This document shows, in pieces, positions 21,511-31,945 of a DNA stretch of 64,000 nt. Origin of the DNA: Candidatus Kapaibacterium sp. (lineage in GTDB: Bacteria; Bacteroidota; Ignavibacteria; Kapaibacteriales; UBA2268); the NCBI GenBank assembly GCA_963665665.1, contig OY762428.1, positions 32,001 through 96,000 on the forward strand, in the 5' to 3' direction. Within the stretch, counting starts at the first letter, position 1. Each line of letters opens with the position of its first letter. Made by a program: the position numbers and the translations under genes. The notes under the pieces are model-generated. The model did not search any database. It was not told the DNA's origin and saw only the letters and a list, made by a program, of their open reading frames with translations.

Positions 21511-22596
21511 TTATACAAGTTTCACTTCTTTGAAATATTCTTTACCTTCTTTTTGCTCAATAAGACCTCTTTGCTGTAAACGTCCAATAATTACAGCCGG
21601 GTGAATTTGAAATTCCCTTGCGAAATACTCCGCATTAAATTTATTCTTTTGCATGGAAGATACAATTTCATTTTCAGCTTCTTTTGTTAGCAGTAGGTTT
21701 GAAGCAAACTCATCAGCTTCTTGTTCCTTTATTTTATCATTATACCAATATTTGTTACTTTCAAGAAATATATCTTTTTTGCCATGTAGTATAATATGAG
21801 CCGCTTCATGAAAAAAAGTAAACCAAAAAATATCATTACTTTTATATCTTGCTGAAAGCTGTATCAGCGGCGCATTATTAAGCCATCTTGTGCAACTGCT
21901 TACCGGAGCTTTAGGCAAGCAGGGCGTAAAAACTACCTTCACTCCGGAATTTATGCAAATATTGCGTAACCTGATAGAAAAATCATCAGGGTGTTCCGCC
22001 GCTACCTGTTTAATTTCTTTAAGTGCCGATTTGAACTTTTTTTGATTGTATTCAGGTGCTTTAATTTGAGCAGCTAATATTTCGCCCTGCCTTAGCCAGG
22101 CTGATATTGCCGGTGATTCTTTTGTATGTTTTAAGGATATTCTGAAAGCAACTTTTAACTTTTGTTCAAAATAGTAGTTCTTCCATGCTTTATGCGAGGA
22201 AAAACCAAAGAACTTCAGCAATCTCTCTGCTTTTTCTTCAGATTTTTGACTTGACTCTACCCAACCGAGTTTCGCCATTTCCTTATAAGGAAATAAATTG
22301 GCCCAATCCATCGAATCAATTATTTCCTGTTTAAACTTTTTTTTGGCAATAAGCTCGTTATATTTCTGCTGATAACCCATCCAAAACCGAGCCGGTATCT
22401 TCAATACATTTTCAAATTTTACAGCCATATCCGCCGTTATTGAGCTATCCCCGTTCAATATAGCTGAAATTGTTTTTTCTGGTTTACCGGTTCTCAGGGC
22501 GAACTCCTTCGCACCCATACCGAGTTCCATCAATTTGTCTTTAAGGGTTATTCCCGGGTGAGTGAACGATTCAGGTATGTATTCACTTTTATTCAT
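21511..22596 (-). CDS. higA: HigA-family antitoxin (XRE HTH) fused to ImmA/IrrE metallopeptidase domain
   Basis: HPGITLKDKL..EKTISAILNG..IT..FW; FWFTFFHEAAH HExxH; EQEADEFA. Confidence 0.9.
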   Translation of the reverse strand: MNKSEYIPESFTHPGITLKDKLMELGMGAKEFALRTGKPEKTISAILNGDSSITADMAVKFENVLKIPARFWMGYQQKYNELIAKKKFKQEIIDSMDWANLFPYKEMAKLGWVESSQKSEEKAERLLKFFGFSSHKAWKNYYFEQKLKVAFRISLKHTKESPAISAWLRQGEILAAQIKAPEYNQKKFKSALKEIKQVAAEHPDDFSIRLRNICINSGVKVVFTPCLPKAPVSSCTRWLNNAPLIQLSARYKSNDIFWFTFFHEAAHIILHGKKDIFLESNKYWYNDKIKEQEADEFASNLLLTKEAENEIVSSMQKNKFNAEYFAREFQIHPAVIIGRLQQRGLIEQKEGKEYFKEVKLV

Positions 22597-22608
22597 ATAA
22601 AATAGCTT

Positions 22609-22944
22609 TCAGTGATAATCTTCAATTTCAATAATTTCAACGGCAATTATTTCAATCCATAAATATCTTCCGTCAGGATCGGATGGAATTGGTTTTTCTT
22701 TCGGTTCGAAGATTAATCTAAAAGGATGATTAAGATCGCAACTCCATTGGCCTTTCCTGTTCCCTCTCAATTCATGATACCTACTGGCAAATAACGGGTG
22801 TCTTCCAGTGTTTCAGCCCGATCCAACTGATCAAGCCTGAGTTTGTACAGATCGCCCTGCCTTTTACCAAGCTTCTTAAGCCTTTGTTTGTCGTTATTTG
22901 CAAAAAGCTTTAACTTTTTTATCTGCAAATGTTATTATTTCTAT
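22609..22944 (-). pseudogene. higB: HigB-family toxin pseudogene with two frameshifts and no ATG
   Basis: Manual translation: IEIITFADK / KLKLFANNDKQRLKKLGKRQGDLYKLRLDQLDRAETLEDTRYLP / RYHELRGNRKGQWSCDLNHPFRLIFEP...EIIEIEDYH*; ends 12 bp upstream of higA. Confidence 0.85.
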
Positions 22945-23017
22945 TCAAAAATACGAAATTAATTTACATTTAGTGTTAATCATAATAAGTATTTATCAAA
23001 TATCACATATTAAAAAA

Positions 23018-24175
23018 TCAGCTATTCAATTCCTCCTTAGGCATTTTCAAGGCAAAGAATACTCCGATAAATGATATTCCTGCGCTGATAAGATAGGTGG
23101 TTTCAAGGTCGATTATATCACCAAGGTGGCCGAACAGTAAAGCCACAACAGAACTTGAAAAGAAATTGATAGTCATGAAAACAGAGTTGGCCGTGGCAGG
23201 ATATTCCGTATCGCTGTCCAGAACCCAGGCCATTATTACCGGAGTAGCTGAAAATGCCAGCAGACCAAGAATGATCAGCATTGGAAATGCTACCCACCCA
23301 TCGGCAAAAACAAATGCCACAAGGAAAATCGGAGCTGCAATAGAACTGATAAGCATTACGTTCCGCCTGCCAATTTTATCAGATAATGTGCCCGAGATCA
23401 TTGCACCAGCAGCACCGGATAGCTCCAAAACGGACAATGATATTCCGGCAAGCCAAAGCTCCCCGCCCTTCGAACTGATAAATGTAGGCAGGAATGAAGT
23501 CAGGGCAAGCAAAAGGAAAGCTTTGCTGACAATAAGGCCAGACATAACCGGCAGGATTGGTTTCATTTCCCTCATCACTACGCCGAAACTTTCGAACTTG
23601 GATATTTTATTTGGGGGTTCAGCGGTTTTTATATTTCTTACCTGGAAGTATAATAATACGGCAATAATCACACCGGGGATAAATATCAACCATGAATAAT
23701 TAATCCCCAGCCATGTAATTGCTCCGAGAATTATTATCGGCCCAAGTGTTCTGGCCAGTTCACCAGAAAACATGAAAAAGCTCATTCCCCTGCCAATTTT
23801 ATCCCCTGCCATCTCGCGGATAATAACCGGTGCCGGAACATGATAAAGCGCTGAGCTTGTTCCGGCAATAAATACAAGTATATAAATATGCATATAGTGA
23901 TCTAAAACCGGGATAAAACTCATAGTAATGGCAGTTATTGCCGGAGTGATCACAATTAGATATTTGAAACCTTTCCTGTCGGACATAAGGCCGAAAACAA
24001 TGTTTGCTAAAGCCGGCGCCCTCATAACAACTATTAGCAGGCTGACCATGAAATAGCTAAGGCCATGCTTTTGTATAAGAAACGGCAGCAGCGGAGCCAG
24101 GAATGCAGTATAGATATCATGAGTCAGATGACTCATTGATACAGTAGCAACTTTTACTGTCCGGAATTTCTTCAA
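23018..24175 (-). CDS. MFS transporter (fosmidomycin-resistance Fsr-like)
   Basis: SHLTHDIY..LAPLLP, G.MSDRKG, ALYHVP, GTLSDKIGRR; about 12 TM helices. Confidence 0.88.
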   Translation of the reverse strand: MKKFRTVKVATVSMSHLTHDIYTAFLAPLLPFLIQKHGLSYFMVSLLIVVMRAPALANIVFGLMSDRKGFKYLIVITPAITAITMSFIPVLDHYMHIYILVFIAGTSSALYHVPAPVIIREMAGDKIGRGMSFFMFSGELARTLGPIIILGAITWLGINYSWLIFIPGVIIAVLLYFQVRNIKTAEPPNKISKFESFGVVMREMKPILPVMSGLIVSKAFLLLALTSFLPTFISSKGGELWLAGISLSVLELSGAAGAMISGTLSDKIGRRNVMLISSIAAPIFLVAFVFADGWVAFPMLIILGLLAFSATPVIMAWVLDSDTEYPATANSVFMTINFFSSSVVALLFGHLGDIIDLETTYLISAGISFIGVFFALKMPKEELNS

Positions 24176-24307
24176 TGCCTGCCCTTACCCCTGCTGTTTT
24201 TGTAATAATACAATTTAAGAAAAAGAAATGAATAAACCTTCTGTCCGTCTTTTCCAATCAAACAATTAATGCTATTTTTGCTGATTGATTATTTTGCTAA
24301 CGGAGAA

Positions 24308-26110
24308 ATGATGTTTAGAATAGTTATAATATTTGCTTTATTATTAAATATTGGCTCTGCTTTTGCCCAAAGTGCCGACGACAGGAAGTTCGCGCTCGCT
24401 ATGTCCTACGAGGAAAGTGGCGCTTATGATGACGCCTCACGCCTTTACCTTGAGATATACAATAACAACAAGAAGAACGACGAATATTTCGGCGGGGTGG
24501 AAAGAACTTACCGCGCTCTCAACAGGTTCGGCGAACTGCTGGAAATTACCAAGGAAAGGATTTCTCTCAGGAATACATTCAAAATGCGTGACCTCTATGC
24601 GGAAATGCTCTGGCGGTCAGGCCAGAATGATGAAGCCAACGCTCAATGGAGAAAATGCCTCGATGATTATAGTGGAAATGAAAAAATGTACTTGCGGGTT
24701 GCCATAACACAAGGCAATCTCCGGCTTCTGGAAAAAGCTGCACAAACACTGATTGAAGGCCGTGAGGAAATTGGCGTACCAGATGTTTATTCCGACGAAC
24801 TGAGTAAAATTTATATCTCTCTTGGCAATTATCAGGACGGAACAGATGAAATTATTCGCCACACAATGAAAACGAGGGATATACCACAGGCACAGGGGCG
24901 TTTATTTGCTTTGATGATAAACGATGAAGCTGCAAAATTTATCAAAAACCGCCTTGCAGAAAAATCAGAAGAAAATGATAAGTCGCTTTTTATTCTTGAA
25001 TTATACTCTTTCGTTCTTAGAAATATGGGTCAGTTTGACCAGGCTTTCGAAACTGTAAGAAAAATTGATAAACTAAGGAATGCAAATGGCAGAGACATTC
25101 TGTCATTCGCCGATATTTCACGAAAAGACGGCCAGACAAGTATTGCCCTGAAAGCATATTCTGAACTTATCGATATGGGAAAATCCACCCGTTTCCTTCC
25201 TACCGCCCTGTACGGATATGCCAGGACACTTGAAGAAAAACTTAATCTTGATACATCGATCAGCAAACAGGATGCAGGTGAAGTGATAAGCCAATACAGG
25301 AATATTATAAAAAAATATCCCAGGCAGGTAAATATTCCTGAAAGCAAGTACAGGATTGCAAATATAGCATTAAAATTCATGGATGATCCCGAAAATGCCA
25401 AAAAGGAATTAAATGAGATATTGAAGCAATACAAGGGTAATCAGTTTTTTGCCAAAGCTGCTCTTACACTTGGCGAGATCGAACTAAAAGAAGGAAATAT
25501 TGACGAAGCCGGTAAATATTTTAATTTTCTGGACAGGACGTATTTGCAGAGAGCGCCTGAAGAATATGAGCTTGGTAAATATTTCCGTGCAAAAATACTC
25601 TATTTCCAGGGGCATATCGATTCGGCACTTGCAGAATTCAATGAAGTTGGCGACCTGAACCGATCTGTAGCTGCTAATGATGCACTCAATATGATAACTC
25701 TTATCAATCAGAATAAAGAACTGATTGCGGCCCTTCAGGAGTACGCAGCAGCAGATTTTGCAGAATACCAGGGAAATATAACCGACGCTCTTGAAAAATA
25801 TAAGAAAGCCTCAGAAAAAGCTTATGGTGCCGATCTATCGGAAAGAGCTGCAATTAAAATCATTGAGATACTTTTCACCCGGAAGAACTACCTTGAAGCT
25901 TCCAAAAAAGCACTGAAACTAATTGAATTGAACCCCCAGACCATATACGGAGATCATGCTCTTCTGATTGCTGCTAAGTCGAATGAATTCACTGGCAAAA
26001 AACAGGAAGCGCAGAAACTTTACACAAGAATATTGAGTGATTATCCACGGTCGATATACCTTCAACAAGCCAGGGACAATATCAGGAGATTAAGGGGCGA
26101 AAGTATATAA
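24308..26110 (+). CDS. Secreted tetratricopeptide-repeat protein
   Basis: Signal peptide ending AFA-Q; many TPR helices; C-terminal Y..IL.DYPRSIY...ARDNIRRLRG. Confidence 0.85.
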   Translation: MMFRIVIIFALLLNIGSAFAQSADDRKFALAMSYEESGAYDDASRLYLEIYNNNKKNDEYFGGVERTYRALNRFGELLEITKERISLRNTFKMRDLYAEMLWRSGQNDEANAQWRKCLDDYSGNEKMYLRVAITQGNLRLLEKAAQTLIEGREEIGVPDVYSDELSKIYISLGNYQDGTDEIIRHTMKTRDIPQAQGRLFALMINDEAAKFIKNRLAEKSEENDKSLFILELYSFVLRNMGQFDQAFETVRKIDKLRNANGRDILSFADISRKDGQTSIALKAYSELIDMGKSTRFLPTALYGYARTLEEKLNLDTSISKQDAGEVISQYRNIIKKYPRQVNIPESKYRIANIALKFMDDPENAKKELNEILKQYKGNQFFAKAALTLGEIELKEGNIDEAGKYFNFLDRTYLQRAPEEYELGKYFRAKILYFQGHIDSALAEFNEVGDLNRSVAANDALNMITLINQNKELIAALQEYAAADFAEYQGNITDALEKYKKASEKAYGADLSERAAIKIIEILFTRKNYLEASKKALKLIELNPQTIYGDHALLIAAKSNEFTGKKQEAQKLYTRILSDYPRSIYLQQARDNIRRLRGESI

Positions 26111-26200
26111 GTAATTGAATTAGCTCCATTTCCAATTTGATGAAAAATTAGCACAGTTATTGCTTTTGTTGTAGGAATTGACAATGAAAGCGGATGTGAT

Positions 26201-27565
26201 ATGATAAAATTTAAGACTCTGTTAATCTATATTATATTTTCAAATTTAACTGTATATTGCTATTCAAGCGAACCCAAACGTCTTGTAGGATATTGGCATA
26301 ACTGGTATGGCAGTGCCGGAACCATGCTATTAACCAAAATTCCAGAAGAATACAAGCAGGTTAATATTGCTTTTGCACTGCCGGATGCAGCAGATGAAGC
26401 AATTATGACCTTCACACCGGATCCGTCAATTTATCCTGAAGAAGTTGATTTTATCAATGATATAAAAACCTTACAGTCAGCCGGAAGAGATGTTCTGATT
26501 TCAATTGGTGGCGGTACGGGATCTTTTGATCTTGATAATGAAAATGATATCAATTTATTTGTTAATTCATTATCGCAAATAATTGAAAAATATGGCTTCA
26601 ATGGTGTTGATATTGATCTTGAAGGGCAATCGCTATTCATACAGGACGGTGATTTTGACTTCAGAAATCCACAGACGAAAACTATTGCCAACTTTATAAA
26701 AGCTATCAAAGAATTATATGAGAAATTCGGTGATGAGTTTATTCTCACCTTGGCCCCTGAAACAGCTTTTGTACAAGGAGCTTGTGCCCGTTACGGAGGA
26801 GTCTGGGGGGCGTATCTGCCACTGATTCATGCCTTAAGGGATAAACTTGAATATATCCATGTACAGCACTATAATACCGGAAGTATGTACGGTAGAGATG
26901 GCAAAATATATTATCCCGCCACAGCTGATTTCCATGTTGCCATGGCAGATATGCTTTTGTCAGGATTTGATGTAAAATCAGATGACAGCACAATTTTCTT
27001 CGAACCGTTGCCTGAAGAAAAAGTGATGTTTGGTATTCCTGCTGCGAATGAGGCCGGAGGCAATTTTACAGTTTTTTCAGATGTTGCAAAAGCTTTGAAA
27101 TATCTCATCGACGGGACTGAATTCGGAGGAAGCTATCTAATCGGGAAGGATGTATATTTTCCGAAATTCGCAGGACTGATGACATGGTCTATAAACTGGG
27201 ACATGACTCAGGACTATTCTTTCGCAGATTATTTTTCTAATTTTTTCGATTCTCTTAAGATAACAGATGTGCAAAATTATTCCATTAATCCAGCCATTTC
27301 AATAAAAAGTAATGAAGAAATAAATATCTATCCCAACCCGACAATCGAAGGAGCAAAAATTGATATTACTATTACAAAGAATGGTATTTATGAAGTTAAG
27401 ATCAGCAATCTGAATGCTTCTTTTACTAAAACCCTTTACAGTGGTCCGATGAGCTCAGGGATAAATTCTTTCAATCATGCAATAGACAGTGAAGCCGGTA
27501 TATATTATGTCATACTCTCATCCGGAGACAGGATAATAAAAACTAAAGCGTTTGTTGTTGAATAA
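26201..27565 (+). CDS. GH18 chitinase with T9SS C-terminal domain
   Basis: LVGYWHNW, ISIGG, FNGVDIDLE (DxDxE), LTLAPE, HVQHYN, GLMTWSINWD; CTD IYPNP...GIYYV...KAFVVE. Confidence 0.92.
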   Translation: MIKFKTLLIYIIFSNLTVYCYSSEPKRLVGYWHNWYGSAGTMLLTKIPEEYKQVNIAFALPDAADEAIMTFTPDPSIYPEEVDFINDIKTLQSAGRDVLISIGGGTGSFDLDNENDINLFVNSLSQIIEKYGFNGVDIDLEGQSLFIQDGDFDFRNPQTKTIANFIKAIKELYEKFGDEFILTLAPETAFVQGACARYGGVWGAYLPLIHALRDKLEYIHVQHYNTGSMYGRDGKIYYPATADFHVAMADMLLSGFDVKSDDSTIFFEPLPEEKVMFGIPAANEAGGNFTVFSDVAKALKYLIDGTEFGGSYLIGKDVYFPKFAGLMTWSINWDMTQDYSFADYFSNFFDSLKITDVQNYSINPAISIKSNEEINIYPNPTIEGAKIDITITKNGIYEVKISNLNASFTKTLYSGPMSSGINSFNHAIDSEAGIYYVILSSGDRIIKTKAFVVE

Positions 27566-27605
27566 TGGTTTGAATAAATATCAATAAAAATTGGGTTATT
27601 AAAAT

Positions 27606-28544
27606 CTATTCATTTAGTTGAGATTTTAAAATTGTCTTAATCTCTTCAAAAGATAATCCGGTTACATCTTCAATATCATCAAGAGTATAGCCTTTTTCTT
27701 CCATATTGATAACAACATTGGAAAGGCTATCTCTGATTCCCTGTTTCTTTCCTTCTACCAAGCCTTCTTTATGACCTTCCAGCCGTCCTTCTTCTCGTCC
27801 TTCTTCTCGTCCCTCTTTGCGTCCTTCCTTCATTCCCTTCTCAAGTGCATCATATTTATAAGCCTGTGTAACCATAATTGCATCCCAATACTGGCTATAA
27901 GCCCGAAGTTCATTCTTTGAATAACTCGATTCTTCAAGTATTTTAACAGCTTTTTTAATTTCTTCAGCTTCTGGATTCTCAATAATGGCCGGATATGTAT
28001 CGTCAAATTCCGTAAGAAATCTTAACCATAACACAGCCATACGTTTTTCAAGCATTGTTTCGGGCTTAAATTTTGGCAACTCAATAAAAATAAATTCCAA
28101 CCCCTCAATTTTTTCATCTGTATTCTCGATATTAACAATACTGTAATGATGATAAAAATCCGGATCGTCTTTTAGGTAAGTATCATTTATTAGATTCAGA
28201 GAATAAACCGGGCATAAGGCATTGAATTTCTTTCCCCTTTCTAACTGGGTAACATAAGCCTTGGATGCGTTGAACATAACACGGGTTTTGAAACTATCGG
28301 TCCACAACATTTGCATTTCGATAATAAATTGCCGGCCCTTGTTGTCAATACATCGTACATCAACTATAGTGTGTTTGAATACCGGAAGTTCAGGAACTAA
28401 TTCTGGAGATAGATATTCCAGTTTTTCGATATACTGGTCTTCCTCGAAGGGCATAAGGGCATTCAGAAAACTTATTGCCAGATCAGGATTTTCTCCGAAT
28501 ATTTTCTTAAATGTCAGGTCGTTCTTGGGATCAAGGTAACGCAT
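27606..28544 (-). mobile_element. Rpn family recombination-promoting nuclease / PD-(D/E)XK putative transposase
   Basis: MRYLDPKNDLTFKKIFG, VDVRC, IIEMQ, FIELPKF, EGREEG repeat tail, I..VTGLS.EEI. Confidence 0.9.
27733..27840 (-). repeat. Degenerate 12-bp coding repeat (EGRE units) in the Rpn tail
   Basis: TCCTTCTTCTCG-type units encoding KEGRKEGREEGREEGRLEGHKEG. Confidence 0.75.
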
Positions 28545-28683
28545 ATATTTATTCCTCAATAATTGTCAATTTTTTGTAAAAACGTATCTTGCAAACTCTT
28601 ATTATATCATATATTAATGTATGAATTTTTTTACAAAAAACAGAAGAATTTTCTAATCAACCATTGCTAAATTATCAAAAGAA

Positions 28684-28704
28684 GGGACTACAAATAGTAG
28701 TCCC
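28684..28704 (-). terminator. Probable terminator of the CLC gene
   Basis: GGGACTAC-AAATA-GTAGTCCC stem with T-rich tract downstream on the minus strand. Confidence 0.7.
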
Positions 28705-28738
28705 CTAATTACAATGATAATTTTTCAATATTCAAATC

Positions 28739-30805
28739 CTAAGCATACCCTTTCAGGATATTTATTTTCTCTTTCTCCCCGGCAACAATTAGTAAATCAT
28801 TTTCGGTAAAAGTATAATTTGCCTGAGGTATGGCTTTTATTTCTTCACCAGAGTTTGATTTTTTCTTAATTGTCAAAACGTCCACGCCAAATTTTGACCT
28901 TATACCTAACTCCCTGATAGAACGGCCAATAAAGGAGTTTGGAACAGGGATTTCAGTTATTACGTAACCTTCTAAGAAAGTAATATCCTTAGATGAATTA
29001 TTCAGTGTGATTTTATCTGCAAGGTCCGATGTTAATTCAATACGATCAATTTCTTTGTGATAAGTATCATCAATATCCTTACGCCAGATAAGTCCTATCT
29101 GCTTGTTATTATCATCAGTATCAACAACCGGAAGGACGTCGGAATCAATCCGGTTCATAATCTCAAGAACCTGGCGGCAATTCATATCCGGAGTTGTTCT
29201 TTCAATTTTTGGATTTACGATATCGCCTGCAATTATTAAAAATTGAAGGGCATCCTTATCAAAAAGTAACTCTTTAATATCATTAATAGAAATTATACCC
29301 ATGAAGCTTCCAGTTCTGCTTTTTACGGATATATACGGCAGTCGGCGGGATACAATCAACGAGACCACTTCTGTGAAGTTAGTATCTTCACAAATCGGTG
29401 AAAACTCTTTGGACATCACATCCTTAACTGACAGGGATTTCATGATATTGACTTCGGCTCTTTCGCGGATATTGATCTTTCTGTTAACCAGTTTAAGAGT
29501 ATATATTGATTCTCGAGACAATTTGGCGGATAGTATCATACTGAGAGTACAAACTATCATAAGAGGCAGGATAATCGAATAGTCCTTGGTCATTTCGAAC
29601 ACAATTATTATGGCTGTGATAGGTGCACGGGTTGTACCCGCAACAAGCCCACCCATTGCAACAATAGCATAAGCTCCATAATCAGCAGTTATATTCGGGA
29701 ATGCCTGGTGTACAAAATATCCGAAAAAAGCTCCGAGCATGGCACCCATGAATAACGATGGAGCAAAGATACCGCCGGATCCGCCGGATCCGAGGGTAAG
29801 AGAGGTTGCCAGTATCTTGACAAATATTAGTACCAGGGCTAATGACCAGATTACATTCGAATTCAGAGCCATAGTTATCGAATCGTACCCTACGCCCATA
29901 ATCTGAGGATATAATAATGCAATACCACCGACCATCAGGCCACCGACAGTTGCTTTCAGATACTCAGGAAATTTGAATTTTTCATCCCACAGATCTTCAA
30001 AAAAGTATAACACTTTTATGAACATCCACGATACCACCCCACTTAGTATTCCAAGGCCGAAATAAAATATTATTTCGTAAGGGCTTTCTAAGTGATAAGC
30101 CGGAACCGGAAAAGCAGGGAAGTTACCTTCGAACTGATGTGAAATTACTGTTGCTATTACGGATGAAATAACGATTGGGGTGAACTGCGCTACTGCAAAA
30201 TCCATGAGAATTATCTCAATGGCGAATAAAGCTCCGGCTACAGGCGCATTAAACGCCGCCGCTATACCAGCTGCTGCACCACATCCAACAAGTGTTTTCA
30301 GCCTTTGTGTTCGTACTTTGAATAGTTGGCCTATTGTAGAACCTATACTTGCACCAATCTGGATTATCGGACCTTCACGTCCAACCGAACCACCGGTACC
30401 AATCGTTATACTTGATGCTAATGCCTTAATAAATGCAACCCTTGGACGAATATGCCCGCTTTTAAGTAATATGGCCTGCATAACTTCCGGAACGCCATGC
30501 CCTTTTGCTTCAGGAGCAAATTTGTAAATTATCGGCCCCACAATCAGTCCACCGATTGTAGGCACCAGGATTTTTACATACCATGGAGCTTCAATTATTC
30601 TGTCGAGAAGAGAGCCATTCCCGGAGAAGCTTAAATCTGAAATTGCAGTGATTAATGCTCTTATTCCTACCGCACCGAAACCTGCGAGTACCCCTGTTAA
30701 AATTGCGAGCACTATCATAAAGATGTGCTCTGTCATTTTGATGTTATCTACCCATTTTTCAAGCTTTTGGGATACCCGCTCGGAAAAACCTGAGACCGAA
30801 TCCAT
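28739..30805 (-). CDS. CLC chloride channel/antiporter with CBS pair and TrkA-C domain
   Basis: GHGVPE, GREGP, GIAAAFNAP, GGIFAP, SIYT; CBS domains; IGRSIRELGIRSKFGVDVL TrkA-C. Confidence 0.92.
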   Translation of the reverse strand: MDSVSGFSERVSQKLEKWVDNIKMTEHIFMIVLAILTGVLAGFGAVGIRALITAISDLSFSGNGSLLDRIIEAPWYVKILVPTIGGLIVGPIIYKFAPEAKGHGVPEVMQAILLKSGHIRPRVAFIKALASSITIGTGGSVGREGPIIQIGASIGSTIGQLFKVRTQRLKTLVGCGAAAGIAAAFNAPVAGALFAIEIILMDFAVAQFTPIVISSVIATVISHQFEGNFPAFPVPAYHLESPYEIIFYFGLGILSGVVSWMFIKVLYFFEDLWDEKFKFPEYLKATVGGLMVGGIALLYPQIMGVGYDSITMALNSNVIWSLALVLIFVKILATSLTLGSGGSGGIFAPSLFMGAMLGAFFGYFVHQAFPNITADYGAYAIVAMGGLVAGTTRAPITAIIIVFEMTKDYSIILPLMIVCTLSMILSAKLSRESIYTLKLVNRKINIRERAEVNIMKSLSVKDVMSKEFSPICEDTNFTEVVSLIVSRRLPYISVKSRTGSFMGIISINDIKELLFDKDALQFLIIAGDIVNPKIERTTPDMNCRQVLEIMNRIDSDVLPVVDTDDNNKQIGLIWRKDIDDTYHKEIDRIELTSDLADKITLNNSSKDITFLEGYVITEIPVPNSFIGRSIRELGIRSKFGVDVLTIKKKSNSGEEIKAIPQANYTFTENDLLIVAGEKEKINILKGYA

Positions 30806-30899
30806 TTTCCTGGCTGTTAATTAATTCATAATACCAGATTTAGTTAGATGACAAAATTAAGAAAAAATCTCTATCGTTGTTCTGTTTTATGAAATATTT

Positions 30900-31499
30900 T
30901 CAATTTTTTTGTAGAAGCCTGATGTAATGAACAAGAGCCCAACGCTGATTGGGAGTAATTTTGTGAGCAACCGGAAACATTAAATTTTGTCCGCCCGAAA
31001 GCACATGAAATAGCCTTGCATCAGAATAACCCATGGTATTATCCGATTTAAAATCAGGTGGAGCCGGTAAACCTTCTTCCCCATCAGGCAGGACAACCTG
31101 AGTAACAATCGGGCCGTCTCCTTTTCCGGATTCTCCATGGCATGCAATGCAGTATGTTTGATAAAGATGCTTTGCATAATTCTTTATTTCCGGAGTAATT
31201 GGAATTGGATTAATATTATTTCTAATTTCACCTTCCTGAATTTCTGTCTGGTCAAGATCGTAATAATCTGAATACATGGGATATGTGTTTTCAGGCGGTA
31301 CTCTTGAAATGGAACTGTCAGAAAAAAAATTGTATGAAGACTGAATATCAATACAGGAATAATCCATATCTGAGATAATTTCCGGCGCGGGAGTTTTATG
31401 AACAAACTCAAATATTCCATTGTAAAATAATATAGATACTACCAATAAAATGGCAGATAAAATTATCATAGACCTGAATATTATCCTGCCTGGTTTCAT
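30900..31499 (-). CDS. actE: Alternative complex III monoheme cytochrome c subunit ActE
   Basis: YCIACHGESGKGDG, distal Met (NLMFP), RWALVHYIRLLQ, RVPPENT; last gene of the act cluster. Confidence 0.82.
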   Translation of the reverse strand: MKPGRIIFRSMIILSAILLVVSILFYNGIFEFVHKTPAPEIISDMDYSCIDIQSSYNFFSDSSISRVPPENTYPMYSDYYDLDQTEIQEGEIRNNINPIPITPEIKNYAKHLYQTYCIACHGESGKGDGPIVTQVVLPDGEEGLPAPPDFKSDNTMGYSDARLFHVLSGGQNLMFPVAHKITPNQRWALVHYIRLLQKN

Positions 31500-31945
31500 G
31501 ATTTATTCTCCGTCACTAAATCATTATATTCTTCTTTGAAGCAAATTCCCCACATTTTAGGGATATCTTGCTTATCAATCTCATTCCCAAGCCTTGCATA
31601 ATAAATAAAAGCAATAAATACGCTAATGCCGGTAATTAGAACTGTGAATTCAAATAGAATCGGCATAGCCGCAATAAATGAAAATGCAGGCTTTCCACCG
31701 GTATTTATACTGTAAATATTTGCTGATATTGTATTTATAATAATTATTCCACCAATGAAAGCAATGATAGAACTGATAAGGGCAACAATGGCTATTCTTT
31801 TTGATATAGTTTTCTTTCTGTTTCCATTCTCAACAGGGTAAGGACTGATGATTTCTAAATCTGACAGGCTGAGAGAATTTTTATCATAAAAGTCTTCCAT
31901 TTCTTCTCTGCTGTCAAACCAGATATATTTATTTTCTGTTTTCAT
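31496..31945 (-). CDS. actD: Alternative complex III subunit ActD (DUF3341)
   Basis: SPYPVE, two TMs, GGKP.FS...PILFEFTVL. Confidence 0.85.
   Translation of the reverse strand: MKTENKYIWFDSREEMEDFYDKNSLSLSDLEIISPYPVENGNRKKTISKRIAIVALISSIIAFIGGIIIINTISANIYSINTGGKPAFSFIAAMPILFEFTVLITGISVFIAFIYYARLGNEIDKQDIPKMWGICFKEEYNDLVTENKS

Noticed and set aside
27606-28544. Complete IS element around the Rpn gene
   Set aside because: No terminal inverted repeats or target-site duplication seen; stand-alone Rpn genes with EGRE tails are common.
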